Assembly (NCBI GenBank): GCA_964345895.1
Contig: CAYFSQ010000001.1
Coordinates: 6,456 to 70,455, forward strand
DNA length: 64,000 nt
From: an uncultured Oscillospiraceae bacterium
Lineage (GTDB): Bacteria > Bacillota > Clostridia > Christensenellales > Aristaeellaceae
Direction: 5' to 3'
Shown: one piece after another, positions 1-8,896 of the stretch
How the letters are laid out: each line of letters opens with the position of its first letter
Numbering within the stretch: the first letter of the stretch is position 1
Notes under the pieces: generated by a model
What the model saw: the letters and a program-made list of their open reading frames with translations, nothing else
What the model was told of the DNA's origin: nothing
Databases searched by the model: none
Made by a program: the position numbers and the translations under genes

Positions 1-209
1 CCTCCTATGGCATGATGCGCATGGAGGTGGTCAGTGCCCTTTCCGATGCTCATCTGGGGCATGTGTTCACCGATGGCCCTATGGAAAAGGGAGGGCTGCG
101 CTATTGTATCAACAGCGCTTCCCTGCGCTTTGTACCCTACGACACCATGGAAGAGGCGGGCTATGGCTGGCTGATTGCTGCCTTTGACCAGGAAGAACAA
201 GGGGAATAG
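1..209 (+). CDS. msrB: Peptide-methionine (R)-S-oxide reductase MsrB, C-terminal fragment (5' end outside window)
   Basis: Frame is open from the window edge. [11 protein letters not shown]...[13 protein letters not shown] is the conserved SelR/MsrB catalytic-Cys region. Stop TAG 207-209. Confidence 0.85.
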   Translation, partial: SYGMMRMEVVSALSDAHLGHVFTDGPMEKGGLRYCINSASLRFVPYDTMEEAGYGWLIAAFDQEEQGE

Positions 210-212
210 CCC

Positions 213-1778
213 CTACAGGGCGATAACCCGTGTTGCCACCTTATCCACAAAACGTTGGTCGTGCTCGACAAAGACCAGGGTGGCATCGGTATTCACAAGA
301 AGATTTTCAATCTGCTCCCTGCTTTCCAGGTCGATATAGTTAAGGGGTTCATCCCACAGATACAGGTGCGCTTGCTGCGCCAAGGATGCGGCAAGCAGCA
401 CCTTTTTCTTTTGCCCAAGGGAGTATCCGGCCATGGAGCGGTCAAAGGCTTCCCTGGGGAAGTCCAGCTTGCGCAGCAGCGTCAGAAAGAAATCTGTTTC
501 AAGCTGAAGCTGCATGGCATAATCATAGGGAGAGCCTGCAAGGTGGTCACTTAGCTGGGGCAATATAGATAGGACGATGTTCTGAGGGCCGGTGATGCGC
601 CCCTTCATCAGCGGCAGGATGCCTTGCAGCGTTTTAAGCAGGGTGCTTTTTCCTGCGCCGTTTTTACCCGTAATGGCAATCCTTTCGCCCTGGCCGATAT
701 CTGCGGAAAAGTTGGACAACACAGGCACACCCTGATACCCCACCGTGATTTCATGGAGCCTCAGCAGCTTGTTTGCCCTGTGCTTCAGGGGGTGCAGCTT
801 TAATTCCGCCGTATATTCCAGGTTCTTCAGCAATCCTTCCTTTTCTTCCACCTGTTTCTGGATGCGGTTTTGCAGGCTGATGGCACGCTGCATCATGCGG
901 GCGCTTTGGGCGCCCACAAAGCCGCGGTCGTGGACATGCTGCCCGATTTTGCTGCGCTCTACCTGGTCGCTCCACTGGCGCTTTTCTGCAGCGGAGGCCT
1001 TTAAACGGCCGATATCTTTGCTGATACGGGCATTTTTCTCCCTGTCAGCCATGTCCTGCTGCTGCTTGTTGGCAGCATAGGAGGAATAGGTGCCCTGCTC
1101 AATGCGGATGCCCTGCTTTTGCAGCGCCATGATGTGGTCGCAGCTTCTGTCCAGAAAATCCCGGTCATGGGAAACCAGCAGAAAGCCCGTCTGGCTGTGC
1201 AGATACTCTGCCACTTTTCTGCGGCCCAAATAATCCAGATGGTTGGTGGGCTCGTCAATCAGGAGGAAGTTGTTCTTTTTCAGAAACAAAGCGCAGAGCA
1301 TCATGCGGGTGCGCTCCCCAGGGCTGAAGGTGGCAAAGGGGCGGGTAAGCTGCTCCGGGTCAAGATCCATGCGGGCAACTTCCCGTCTGATCAGTTCGTT
1401 GATGATGTATCCGTCTTGCTGGGCATACAGTTGCTCCAGCTGCCCCCAGCTTTCCAGGTCGCCCCCTGGCTGAAGGTGCCGCTGCATATCCTCTTCCCAT
1501 TGGTCAAAGGGTGCAATGATGCTGCGCATGACATCAAGGGCGCTGCGCTCTTCATCCACAGGGCAGGGGAAGAGGCTGAAGGAAAGGGGCGTCTGGATGG
1601 TGCCTTTGCCCTGCAGTTCACCTGCCAACAGGCGCAGCAGGGTGGTTTTGCCCCGGCCGTTGCGCCCCACCAGGCCCAGGCGCCAGGAAGAATCCATATG
1701 AAAGGAAAGGTTATCAAACACCGGTACATAGCTACCGGGATAGGTGAAGGATAATTGATGTACTTGTATGATGGACAT
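213..1778 (-). CDS. ABC-F ATPase, Lsa-like (candidate antibiotic-resistance/ribosome-protection type)
   Basis: ORF track 213..1796, trimmed to ATG 1778 with AGGAGG at 1783-1788. Two ABC cassettes (Walker A GRNGRGKTT and GKNGAGKST; signature-like SPGERTR and SLGQKKK) joined by a long charged linker, with no TM domain. The N-terminus WRLGLVGRNGRGKTTLLRLL resembles Lsa-family ARE ABC-F proteins. Confidence 0.85.
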   Translation of the reverse strand: MSIIQVHQLSFTYPGSYVPVFDNLSFHMDSSWRLGLVGRNGRGKTTLLRLLAGELQGKGTIQTPLSFSLFPCPVDEERSALDVMRSIIAPFDQWEEDMQRHLQPGGDLESWGQLEQLYAQQDGYIINELIRREVARMDLDPEQLTRPFATFSPGERTRMMLCALFLKKNNFLLIDEPTNHLDYLGRRKVAEYLHSQTGFLLVSHDRDFLDRSCDHIMALQKQGIRIEQGTYSSYAANKQQQDMADREKNARISKDIGRLKASAAEKRQWSDQVERSKIGQHVHDRGFVGAQSARMMQRAISLQNRIQKQVEEKEGLLKNLEYTAELKLHPLKHRANKLLRLHEITVGYQGVPVLSNFSADIGQGERIAITGKNGAGKSTLLKTLQGILPLMKGRITGPQNIVLSILPQLSDHLAGSPYDYAMQLQLETDFFLTLLRKLDFPREAFDRSMAGYSLGQKKKVLLAASLAQQAHLYLWDEPLNYIDLESREQIENLLVNTDATLVFVEHDQRFVDKVATRVIAL

Positions 1779-1798
1779 AGCGCCTCCTGTCCGCACGG

Positions 1799-1818
1799 AA
1801 AAAGACTGCTTCCGCAGT
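1799..1818 (-). terminator. Weak terminator-like hairpin inside the ABC-F leader
   Basis: Minus strand reads ACUGC-GGAA-GCAGU, then C and UUUUU. The stem is only 5 bp. It is nested inside a longer pairing, CCGCCACGG (1833-1825) with CCGUGCGG (1798-1791), that ends right at the ABC-F Shine-Dalgarno. Confidence 0.35.
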
Positions 1819-1851
1819 GATTACCCGTGGCGGCATTTTTTGTGTTTGGAT

Positions 1852-1869
1852 TCAGGCGCTGATGTTCAT
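1852..1869 (-). CDS. 5-codon upstream leader ORF (MNISA) of the ABC-F gene
   Basis: Minus strand reads AGGAG, 6 nt, then ATG AAC ATC AGC GCC TGA. It lies between a near-consensus promoter and the hairpins before the ABC-F start. It is too short for the ORF track. Confidence 0.45.
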   Translation of the reverse strand: MNISA

Positions 1870-1896
1870 TTTTTTCTCCTGTTCTTTGATAGGGTC

Positions 1897-1925
1897 ATTA
1901 TAAAATATTCGTTTGCCCGGGTCAA
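1897..1925 (-). promoter_or_regulatory. SigA-type promoter for the ABC-F leader
   Basis: Read on the minus strand: TTGACC (1925-1920), 17-nt spacer, TATAAT (1902-1897). Confidence 0.5.
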
Positions 1926-1927
1926 GG

Positions 1928-1956
1928 GCGACAAGCCGCCCCTGGCGTGGTATAAT
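1928..1956 (+). promoter_or_regulatory. Candidate promoter of the VOC/glyoxalase gene (divergent, back-to-back with the ABC-F promoter)
   Basis: GCGACA (1928-1933), 17 nt, then extended -10 TGg-TATAAT (1948-1956). Confidence 0.4.
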
Positions 1957-1987
1957 TGTTTTAACAAGAAAAAAGGAGGTCACCCCC

Positions 1988-2356
1988 ATGTTTACCATGG
2001 TGCACACCAATTTTAATGTATTTGATTTGGACAAGTCCCTCGTTTTCTATCAGGAAGCCCTCGGCATGAAGGAAGTCCGCCGGAAGGAAGCCAAGGATGG
2101 CAGCTTCATCATCGTCTACCTGGCAGATGAAAAGCACAACTGCGAGTTGGAGCTGACCTGGCTTAGAGACCGGGACACCCCCTACGATTTGGGTGATAAG
2201 GAATTCCACGTGGCCTTCACCACCCCGGACTTTGATGCCGCCTATCAAAAACACAAGGAAATGGGCGTTATCCTCTATGAAAACCCTGCCATGGGCATCT
2301 ATTTCATCGGTGATCCCGATGGCTATTGGCTGGAAGTTGTGCCGGAAAAGAAGTAA
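1988..2356 (+). CDS. VOC family protein / glyoxalase I-like (lactoylglutathione lyase type)
   Basis: Trimmed from 1913 to ATG 1988, preceded by AAAAGGAGG. MVHTNFNVFDLDKSLVFYQEALGM...GYWLEVV is a typical small glyoxalase/VOC fold sequence. Confidence 0.8.
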   Translation: MFTMVHTNFNVFDLDKSLVFYQEALGMKEVRRKEAKDGSFIIVYLADEKHNCELELTWLRDRDTPYDLGDKEFHVAFTTPDFDAAYQKHKEMGVILYENPAMGIYFIGDPDGYWLEVVPEKK

Positions 2357-2375
2357 GGGCCCATATCTACCAATG

Positions 2376-2404
2376 AAAAAGCCGCCTGTCCTGGCGGCTT
2401 TTAT
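2376..2404. terminator. Bidirectional intrinsic terminator between convergent genes
   Basis: AAAAA-GCCGCC-tgtcct-GGCGGC-TTTTAT. Confidence 0.7.
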
Positions 2405-2411
2405 ACGGGCA

Positions 2412-3263
2412 TTATTCAGTAAAGGGCGGCGTCTGCGGGCGCAGCAAACCCTCGCTGCCCTTTAGCGCAAAGCGGGTAATCATTTCATTGGTCAGGCTGA
2501 TGCCGTCAAAGGGCAGGGTTAATGCATCCCTGTCCACCCAGGAAGCGCTTTCCAGCTCCTCATCCTGGGGGTTGATGATGTCACTGCCCTCAAGACGGGC
2601 ATAGTACCCCACCAGCAAGCTGGAGGAAAAACCCCAGGGCTGGCTTTTGTAGTAGGTGATGTCGGTTACCTTTAGGCCCGTTTCCTCCCACACTTCCCGG
2701 CGGACGGTTTCTTCCAGGGTTTCGCCTGCCTCGGCGTACCCGGCAACCAGGGCCTGGTGATGGCTGGGGCGGCCCTTGATGCGGGTTACCAGCAGCTTGT
2801 TGCCGTTGATGATGCCCACAATAACGGCAGGGTTTAACGTGGGATAGTATACCTGCCCGCAGGATGGGCAAAACAGCATGCGTTCTGCAGCAGCGTGCTG
2901 GGTAGCCTGGCCGCATGCGCCGCAAAACTGGTGGCGCAAGTACCACATCGACAGCTGATGGCCGATGCCGGCAACAAAGGCATTGCTTTTGCTTGCGTTA
3001 AAACGCACTTCCCGCAGGGGTACCCAGCAGCATCCAGGGGGAAGCTCCTGCCCGCTGGATAAAAAGTACGCGCTTCCCTCCAATGAAAACAGATATTGCA
3101 GGGGCTGGTGCTTATCCGGCAGGGTGTCTATCCGGGGAAAGCGTTGCAGGCCCTCTTCCATAGCGACAGCCTCGTCATGAAAAAGAAGGACAGGGCTGTC
3201 ATCCCGGGGGACAGCGCTGATGTAAGCATTGTTAAAATGGGGATGTACATGGTCGTGCAGCAT
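2412..3263 (-). CDS. nudC: NAD(+) diphosphatase (NADH pyrophosphatase, Nudix)
   Basis: Zinc ribbon CGACG...CPSCG followed by Nudix box GYAEAGETLEETVRREVWEETGL. Confidence 0.8.
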   Translation of the reverse strand: MLHDHVHPHFNNAYISAVPRDDSPVLLFHDEAVAMEEGLQRFPRIDTLPDKHQPLQYLFSLEGSAYFLSSGQELPPGCCWVPLREVRFNASKSNAFVAGIGHQLSMWYLRHQFCGACGQATQHAAAERMLFCPSCGQVYYPTLNPAVIVGIINGNKLLVTRIKGRPSHHQALVAGYAEAGETLEETVRREVWEETGLKVTDITYYKSQPWGFSSSLLVGYYARLEGSDIINPQDEELESASWVDRDALTLPFDGISLTNEMITRFALKGSEGLLRPQTPPFTE

Positions 3264-3415
3264 AAAGCCCTCCTGTTCCTATCAACAGTATACCCCGGAA
3301 CGGGTTATTTTCACATGTTCTTCATGGGGGAATGCTTGCCAGTCAGGTTGATAAACTGTATAATAAAAATGGAGGATATTTTGCACCTCCGTTGAATGAA
3401 CGACAAGGAGCCATT

Positions 3416-4840
3416 ATGCGTAAAACGAAAATTATCTGTACCCTTGGGCCTGCCTCCAACACACGGGAAAAAATTAAAGAGCTGGCACTGGCCGGGATGA
3501 ATGTCGCCCGGTTCAACTTTTCTCACGGCACCCATGATTCTCATTTAGCGGTCTTTAAAGAGCTGTTAAGCGTCCGCAACGAGTTGGGGCTTCCCATTGC
3601 TGCCGTGCTGGATACCAAGGGCCCAGAAATCCGCATACGGGACTTTAAAGATAGCAAGGTCATGCTGGTGGAGGGGCAGCAGTTTACCCTGACCACAAGA
3701 GAAGTTGAAGGGGACGAAACCATCGTTTCAGTCAGCTACCCGGATTTGCCCAATGACCTGGGGGATAAAAGCCGCATCCTGGTGGATGATGGGCTGATAG
3801 AGCTGGCCATCGAAAGCAAGACGGAGACCGATGTGATATGCCGCGTTGTTTCAGGGGGAGAGCTGTCCAGCCGCAAGGGCATCAACCTGCCCGGCACCCA
3901 TATTTCCATGCCCTATATCAGCGCCCAGGACCGGGAGGATATCCTCTTTGGCATCCGTACCGGGTTTGACTACATCGCCGCCTCCTTTGTGCGCTCCAAG
4001 GAAGACCTGATGGAGGTGCGCCAGCTTCTGGATGAAAACGATGGCGAGCATGTCAACATTATGGCCAAGATTGAAAACCCCGACGGGGTGGAGAACATCC
4101 GCGAAATCATCCAGCATTGCGATGCCGTCATGGTAGCCCGGGGCGACATGGGCGTAGAAATCCCCCTGGAGGACGTCCCTGTTATCCAGAAATACATCAT
4201 CAAGGAAGCCCGTATGGCGGGCAGACAGGTGGTTACCGCCACCCAGATGCTGGAAAGCATGGTGCGCAACCCCCGCCCCACCCGTGCCGAGGCGACAGAC
4301 GTTGCCAACGCCATTTACGATGGCACCAGCGTCATCATGCTCTCTGGTGAAACCGCCAACGGCCACTATCCTGTGGATGCTGTGCGCACCATGGCGCGCA
4401 TTGCAGAACGGGCGGAGAGGGATATCGACTATGCCAAGCGCTTCTACGAGCATACCGGCCGGGATACCACTGAAAACATCACCGATGCCATCTCCCACGC
4501 CACCTGCCTGATTGCCTACAACCTAAACGCTGAGGCCATCATTACGGTGACCAAATCAGGCTCAACCGCCAGGATGATCTCTCGTTTCCGCCCCACCATG
4601 CCCATCATTGCCTGCACCCCTTCCGCTGAAACCCAGCGGCAGCTGTCCCTTTCCTGGGGTGTGGAAGCGCTGATGGTAGGGGAAGAGCGTGTGACCGACA
4701 TCCTCTTTGATCAGGCGGTGAACGCTGCCAAGCGGGCAGGCCTGGTGCATGATGGACAGATTGTCATTTTAACCGCCGGTGTTCCCCTGTCCCAGTCCGG
4801 CACCACCAACCTGATCAAGGTTGTCAAGGTGGGGGAATAA
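3416..4840 (+). CDS. pyk: Pyruvate kinase
   Basis: Trimmed to ATG 3416 (AAGGAG 3405-3410). Motifs TKIICTLGPAS, NFSHG, DTKGPEIR, AKIEN, MVARGDMGVEIP, TATQMLESM and MLSGETA, plus a C-terminal regulatory domain. Confidence 0.95.
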   Translation: MRKTKIICTLGPASNTREKIKELALAGMNVARFNFSHGTHDSHLAVFKELLSVRNELGLPIAAVLDTKGPEIRIRDFKDSKVMLVEGQQFTLTTREVEGDETIVSVSYPDLPNDLGDKSRILVDDGLIELAIESKTETDVICRVVSGGELSSRKGINLPGTHISMPYISAQDREDILFGIRTGFDYIAASFVRSKEDLMEVRQLLDENDGEHVNIMAKIENPDGVENIREIIQHCDAVMVARGDMGVEIPLEDVPVIQKYIIKEARMAGRQVVTATQMLESMVRNPRPTRAEATDVANAIYDGTSVIMLSGETANGHYPVDAVRTMARIAERAERDIDYAKRFYEHTGRDTTENITDAISHATCLIAYNLNAEAIITVTKSGSTARMISRFRPTMPIIACTPSAETQRQLSLSWGVEALMVGEERVTDILFDQAVNAAKRAGLVHDGQIVILTAGVPLSQSGTTNLIKVVKVGE

Positions 4841-4856
4841 CATCCAGATACATCAA

Positions 4857-4887
4857 AGCGGGCGGTGGAAATCCGCCCGTTCTCTTT
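4857..4887 (+). terminator. Intrinsic terminator after pyk
   Basis: GCGGGCGG-tggaaat-CCGCCCGT followed by TCTCTTT. The purB SD/ATG follow within about 10 nt. Confidence 0.55.
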
Positions 4888-4897
4888 GGGAGGTTTT

Positions 4898-6334
4898 ATG
4901 AGCGAACATACCGGTTATGTATCCCCTTTTTCTGCGCGCTACGCCAGCACAAAAATGCAGCATATCTACTCAGACAGCCACCGCGCTGCATGCTGGCGCA
5001 GGCTGTGGGTGATTCTGGCAGAAAGCGAGATGGAACTAGGCTTGCCTGTTACCAAGGAACAGGTGGAGGAAATGCGCGCCCACATCGATGATATCGATTT
5101 TTCCGCCATCGCTGCCTACGAAAAGCAGCTGCGCCACGATGTCATGGCCCATGTTCATGCCTTTGGGGATTGCTGCCCCACAGCCCGACCCATCATCCAC
5201 CTGGGGGCAACCAGCTGCTATGTGGGGGACAACACCGACGTGCTGCTGATGCGGGAAGCCCTGCAGCTGATACTGGCCCGGCTGCTGGAAGTGGCCCGTG
5301 CCCTTGCTGACTTTGCCAAAGCGTACAAGGACATGCCCACATTGGGCTACACCCATTTTCAGCCGGCGCAACCCACCACGGTGGGCAAACGCGCCACCTT
5401 GTGGCTCCATGATGTTTTAGAGGATATCAGGGAAACCCAGCATGTCCTGGATACCCTGCTGCCCCTTGGTTCCAAGGGGACCACCGGCACCCAGGCTTCC
5501 TTCCTGGAGCTGTTTGACGGCGACTACGACAAGGTCAAGCAGTTGGATCTTCTGTGTGCAAAAAAGATGGGCTTTGAGCGCGCCGTCCCCGTGTCGGGGC
5601 AGACCTACTCCCGCAAGCAGGATACCCGAGCGCTGAACCTCCTTGCCCAGATTGCCCAGACAGCCCACAAGTTCAGCAATGATATTCGTCTCCTGCAGCA
5701 CCTGAAGGAAATAGAAGAGCCCTTTGAGAGCAAGCAGATCGGCTCCTCCGCCATGCCCTATAAGCGCAACCCCATGCGCACCGAGCGCATGGCAGGCATT
5801 TCCCGCTTTATTATTTCCAACGTTCAAAATAGCGCCATGACGGCGGCAGGCCAATGGCTGGAGCGCACCCTGGACGATAGCGCCAACCGCAGGCTGTCCC
5901 TGGCCGAAGGCTTCTTGGCCGCCGACGGGCTGCTGGTGCTTTTCCTGAACGTAGCCCAAGGGCTGGTTGTATACCCAAAGATGATTGAAAAGCATCTGCT
6001 GGAAGAATTGCCCTTCATGGCCACCGAAAACCTGATGATGGAAGCCGTTCGCAGAGGCGGCGACCGGCAAGCGCTGCATGAAAGAATCCGGGTCCACAGC
6101 ATGGAAGCGGGCAAGCGCGTCAAGCAGGAGGGGCTGGACAACGATTTGCTGAAGCGCATTGCCCTGGACGATGCTTTCGGCTTAAGCCATGATGAAATCA
6201 CCGGCCTTTTGTCCCCGGAGGATTATACCGGCTGCGCCAGCATGCAGGTGGCTGATTTCCTGAAGGAAGAAGCCCAACCTTTGCTGGAAAAGTACAAAGA
6301 TGTCCGCATTGCGGCGGAGGATGTGCGGGTATAA
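4898..6334 (+). CDS. purB: Adenylosuccinate lyase
   Basis: Trimmed to ATG 4898 (GGGAGG upstream). Fumarate-lyase signature GSSAMPYKRNP and the typical PurB N-terminus YVSPFSARYAS. Confidence 0.95.
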   Translation: MSEHTGYVSPFSARYASTKMQHIYSDSHRAACWRRLWVILAESEMELGLPVTKEQVEEMRAHIDDIDFSAIAAYEKQLRHDVMAHVHAFGDCCPTARPIIHLGATSCYVGDNTDVLLMREALQLILARLLEVARALADFAKAYKDMPTLGYTHFQPAQPTTVGKRATLWLHDVLEDIRETQHVLDTLLPLGSKGTTGTQASFLELFDGDYDKVKQLDLLCAKKMGFERAVPVSGQTYSRKQDTRALNLLAQIAQTAHKFSNDIRLLQHLKEIEEPFESKQIGSSAMPYKRNPMRTERMAGISRFIISNVQNSAMTAAGQWLERTLDDSANRRLSLAEGFLAADGLLVLFLNVAQGLVVYPKMIEKHLLEELPFMATENLMMEAVRRGGDRQALHERIRVHSMEAGKRVKQEGLDNDLLKRIALDDAFGLSHDEITGLLSPEDYTGCASMQVADFLKEEAQPLLEKYKDVRIAAEDVRV

Positions 6335-6363
6335 CGAAGCACTCCCAATGAAATACAGCATAC

Positions 6364-6391
6364 AAAAACAGCGCCGAAAAGCGCTGTTTTA
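6364..6391. terminator. Bidirectional intrinsic terminator (purB / hydrolase convergent)
   Basis: AAAACAGCGC-cgaaaa-GCGCTGTTTT. Confidence 0.7.
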
Positions 6392-6408
6392 AATTGCTCA
6401 TCCTTGTT

Positions 6409-7536
6409 TTACGGCTGCACCGTGGCAAAGGGCAGCGGAGGGTTTTCTGTGGCTGGGGTACCGCCTGCTACAAACTGTTTCAGGAAGCTACCGATTTTTG
6501 CCACCGATGCCTCTTCATACCAAGCAGCGCTGTGGCCGCCTTCTTCCAAGGTGACCAGCTCAACATTGAGGAATTCTTTGCTCAGCCGTTCTGACTGGGC
6601 GTAGGGTATCATCCTGTCGTCCTTGGCGGCGACAATCAGGGTGGGGCAGGCAATCTTCCGGGCGTATGTATTGCTTTTGAAGGGATTGCGGATGGGGACC
6701 GGGGGCACGGGGAAATCCATCTCCAGCATGTTTTCGCCAAAGGCATTCACCATTTCTTTGCCGTTATAGAAGGGGGACAGCAACAGCAGCCCGGCCGGTT
6801 GCTTTTCCGCTGCCAGGCGGGCAGCGGTGCCTGTACCCAGGCTCCACCCGCCTACAACGATGCGGTCCCTATCAACACTGGGATGGGCGGCGGCAAAATC
6901 ATAGGCTGCTCTGGCCATCTGGAGGATGCTTTCTTCTCCCGCTTTGCCGTCGGAGCGTCCATAGCCGGGGTTATCCATCATCAGTACATTGTAGCCGTTA
7001 AAGATGCCGTCCTTATTGCGGTTGCCGCTGAAGGACAGTACATTGGTTGCTTCCTCGCCATTGCCGCCAAAGTACAGCAGCAGTGCGCCCTTGTCCGGCG
7101 CATTCTTCCATAGCCAGCCCGAGTATTCGCCCTCAGGGGAGGGCAGCAGCACCCGCTCAAATCTGGAATCTGCTGCCAGCTGCTGTTCTGCCCTCTCGTC
7201 GGCTGGGACGGAGGGGAACATGAAGAAGTCCTGGGCGATCCAGGCGGCTCCCATGCCCCATACAAGGGCCAAGGCCAGCACAAAGGCCAGCACGCGGCCC
7301 AGGTTTTTCAGCAGCCTGACGGGCTTATTGGCCGGTATAAGCATGATGATAAACAGCACGGCGGCAGAGAGGGCGGCGATGGGCAGCAATTCAGACCAGG
7401 GCAGGTTGAATTTGCCGTTGGATATGGAACGCAGCGAAATTTGAGCGCCCAGTGCGATCAAACCGCTCAGCAGGGCGGCAGCCAGTATGCTGCCAAAGAA
7501 TCGTTTGAAGGTTATCCGGTTTCGTGTTCCGCTCAT
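6409..7536 (-). CDS. Membrane-anchored alpha/beta hydrolase
   Basis: Three hydrophobic N-terminal segments, then a hydrolase fold with nucleophile elbow GWSLG. Specific substrate is unknown. Confidence 0.7.
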   Translation of the reverse strand: MSGTRNRITFKRFFGSILAAALLSGLIALGAQISLRSISNGKFNLPWSELLPIAALSAAVLFIIMLIPANKPVRLLKNLGRVLAFVLALALVWGMGAAWIAQDFFMFPSVPADERAEQQLAADSRFERVLLPSPEGEYSGWLWKNAPDKGALLLYFGGNGEEATNVLSFSGNRNKDGIFNGYNVLMMDNPGYGRSDGKAGEESILQMARAAYDFAAAHPSVDRDRIVVGGWSLGTGTAARLAAEKQPAGLLLLSPFYNGKEMVNAFGENMLEMDFPVPPVPIRNPFKSNTYARKIACPTLIVAAKDDRMIPYAQSERLSKEFLNVELVTLEEGGHSAAWYEEASVAKIGSFLKQFVAGGTPATENPPLPFATVQP

Positions 7537-7550
7537 CAGCTTTTGCTCTC

Positions 7551-7664
7551 TCAGTTGCCGATTTTGCGCATCAGCTTGATGGTCACAAAGAACAGCCCCA
7601 GCACCAGGAAGACGCCGACCAGACCGACAGCGGAAATGAGAAGACCGTTAAAGAATAAAGACAT
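7551..7664 (-). CDS. 37-aa single-TM protein, OadG-like small subunit candidate
   Basis: Not in the ORF track (below its length cut-off). GGAGGA, 6 nt, then ATG 7664. Product MSLFFNGLLISAVGLVGVFLVLGLFFVTIKLMRKIGN, stop TGA 7551-7553. Starts 12 nt after the beta-subunit stop. Confidence 0.5.
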   Translation of the reverse strand: MSLFFNGLLISAVGLVGVFLVLGLFFVTIKLMRKIGN

Positions 7665-7676
7665 GTTGCTTCCTCC

Positions 7677-8882
7677 TTATATAAACATGGAGACCAGGGT
7701 GATAATCATGCCGCCTGCCACGATGGAGCCGAGCTGACCTGCCACGTTAGCGCTGATGGACTGCATGAGGATGAAGTTGGTGGGATCCTCCGCCGTGGCC
7801 ATCTTCTGGATGACGCGGGCGCTCATGGGGAAGGCGGAAATGCCGGCCGCACCCACCATGGGGTTGATTTTGGTCTTGCGGAACAGGTTGATCAGCTTGG
7901 CGAACAGCACACCGCCGGCGGTGTCAAACACGAAAGCGAACAGGCCCAGGCCCATGATGAGGGCGGTGTCCAGGCGCAGGAAATTGTCAGCAATCATGGT
8001 GGAGCCAATGGTGATGCCCAGCAGGATGGTGACCAGGTTGGCCAGCTCGTTCTGGGCAGTCTTGCTAAGCCTTTCCAGCACGCCGCACTCGCGGATCAGG
8101 TTGCCAAACATGAGGGAGCCTACCAGGGGCGCCGACATGGGTACGATGATGCCTGCCACCAGGGTAACGACAATGGGGAATAGAATCAGCGCGGTCTTGG
8201 AGGAGCGCTCTTCATTGTAGTTCATGCGGATCATCCGCTCTTCCTTCGTTGTCAGCGCGCGGATGACGGGGGGCTGAATGACGGGCACCAGGGACATATA
8301 GCTGTATGCCGCCACCGAAATGGGGGCCATATAGTCCTGAAGTTTGAAGTGGTTGGCCACATACAAGGTGGTGGGGCCGTCTGCTGCGCCGATGATGCCA
8401 ATGGCCGAGGCCAGGCGCAGGATGAGGCCTTCATCCCCGGCGGTGGCGGGCAACACGATGGGAATGAGCAGAATAGCCGTCAGGAAGGTGGCGAAGATGC
8501 CAAACTGCGCAGCTGCGCCAAAGAAAATCATGGTCGGATCCTTCAGCAGCGGGGAGAAATCAATCATGGCGCCTACGCCGATGAAAATCAGTACAGGGAA
8601 CAGCTCGTTGGCAATGCCTGCGTCAAACAATACCCGCAGGAAGCCAGGGGCGTCCACTGTGCCGATGGCAGAAGGCATCATGGTTTCCAGCACCGGGGGC
8701 AGGTTAGCCAGGATGGCGCCAAAACCAATGGGGAGCAGCAGGGCGGGTTCATAGTCCTTTTTAATGGCCAGGTAGATGAGCACGCCTGCGATGGCAAACA
8801 TAACCAGCGTTTTAAACCCGGCGCCTGTAAACAGAAAGCCGATGCCGGAAAACAGTTCACCACTCATTTTTGCAAAGTCCAT
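7677..8882 (-). CDS. Sodium ion-translocating decarboxylase, beta subunit (OadB/GcdB/MmdB family)
   Basis: 401-aa polytopic membrane protein. The N-terminus FLFTGAGFKTLVMFAIAGVLIYLAIKKDYEPALLLPIGFGAILANLP is typical of the family. Confidence 0.9.
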   Translation of the reverse strand: MDFAKMSGELFSGIGFLFTGAGFKTLVMFAIAGVLIYLAIKKDYEPALLLPIGFGAILANLPPVLETMMPSAIGTVDAPGFLRVLFDAGIANELFPVLIFIGVGAMIDFSPLLKDPTMIFFGAAAQFGIFATFLTAILLIPIVLPATAGDEGLILRLASAIGIIGAADGPTTLYVANHFKLQDYMAPISVAAYSYMSLVPVIQPPVIRALTTKEERMIRMNYNEERSSKTALILFPIVVTLVAGIIVPMSAPLVGSLMFGNLIRECGVLERLSKTAQNELANLVTILLGITIGSTMIADNFLRLDTALIMGLGLFAFVFDTAGGVLFAKLINLFRKTKINPMVGAAGISAFPMSARVIQKMATAEDPTNFILMQSISANVAGQLGSIVAGGMIITLVSMFI

Positions 8883-8896
8883 GAGAGGATCCTCCT

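Noticed and set aside
3332-3415. N-terminal extensions given by the longest-ORF track for pyk. The same applies to purB, hisB, PK-like, manA, pepV, pth, purR, tig, clpP, clpX and lon.
   Set aside because: In each case an internal ATG is preceded by a clear Shine-Dalgarno and coincides with the conserved family N-terminus. The upstream extension overlaps the neighbouring gene or a terminator.
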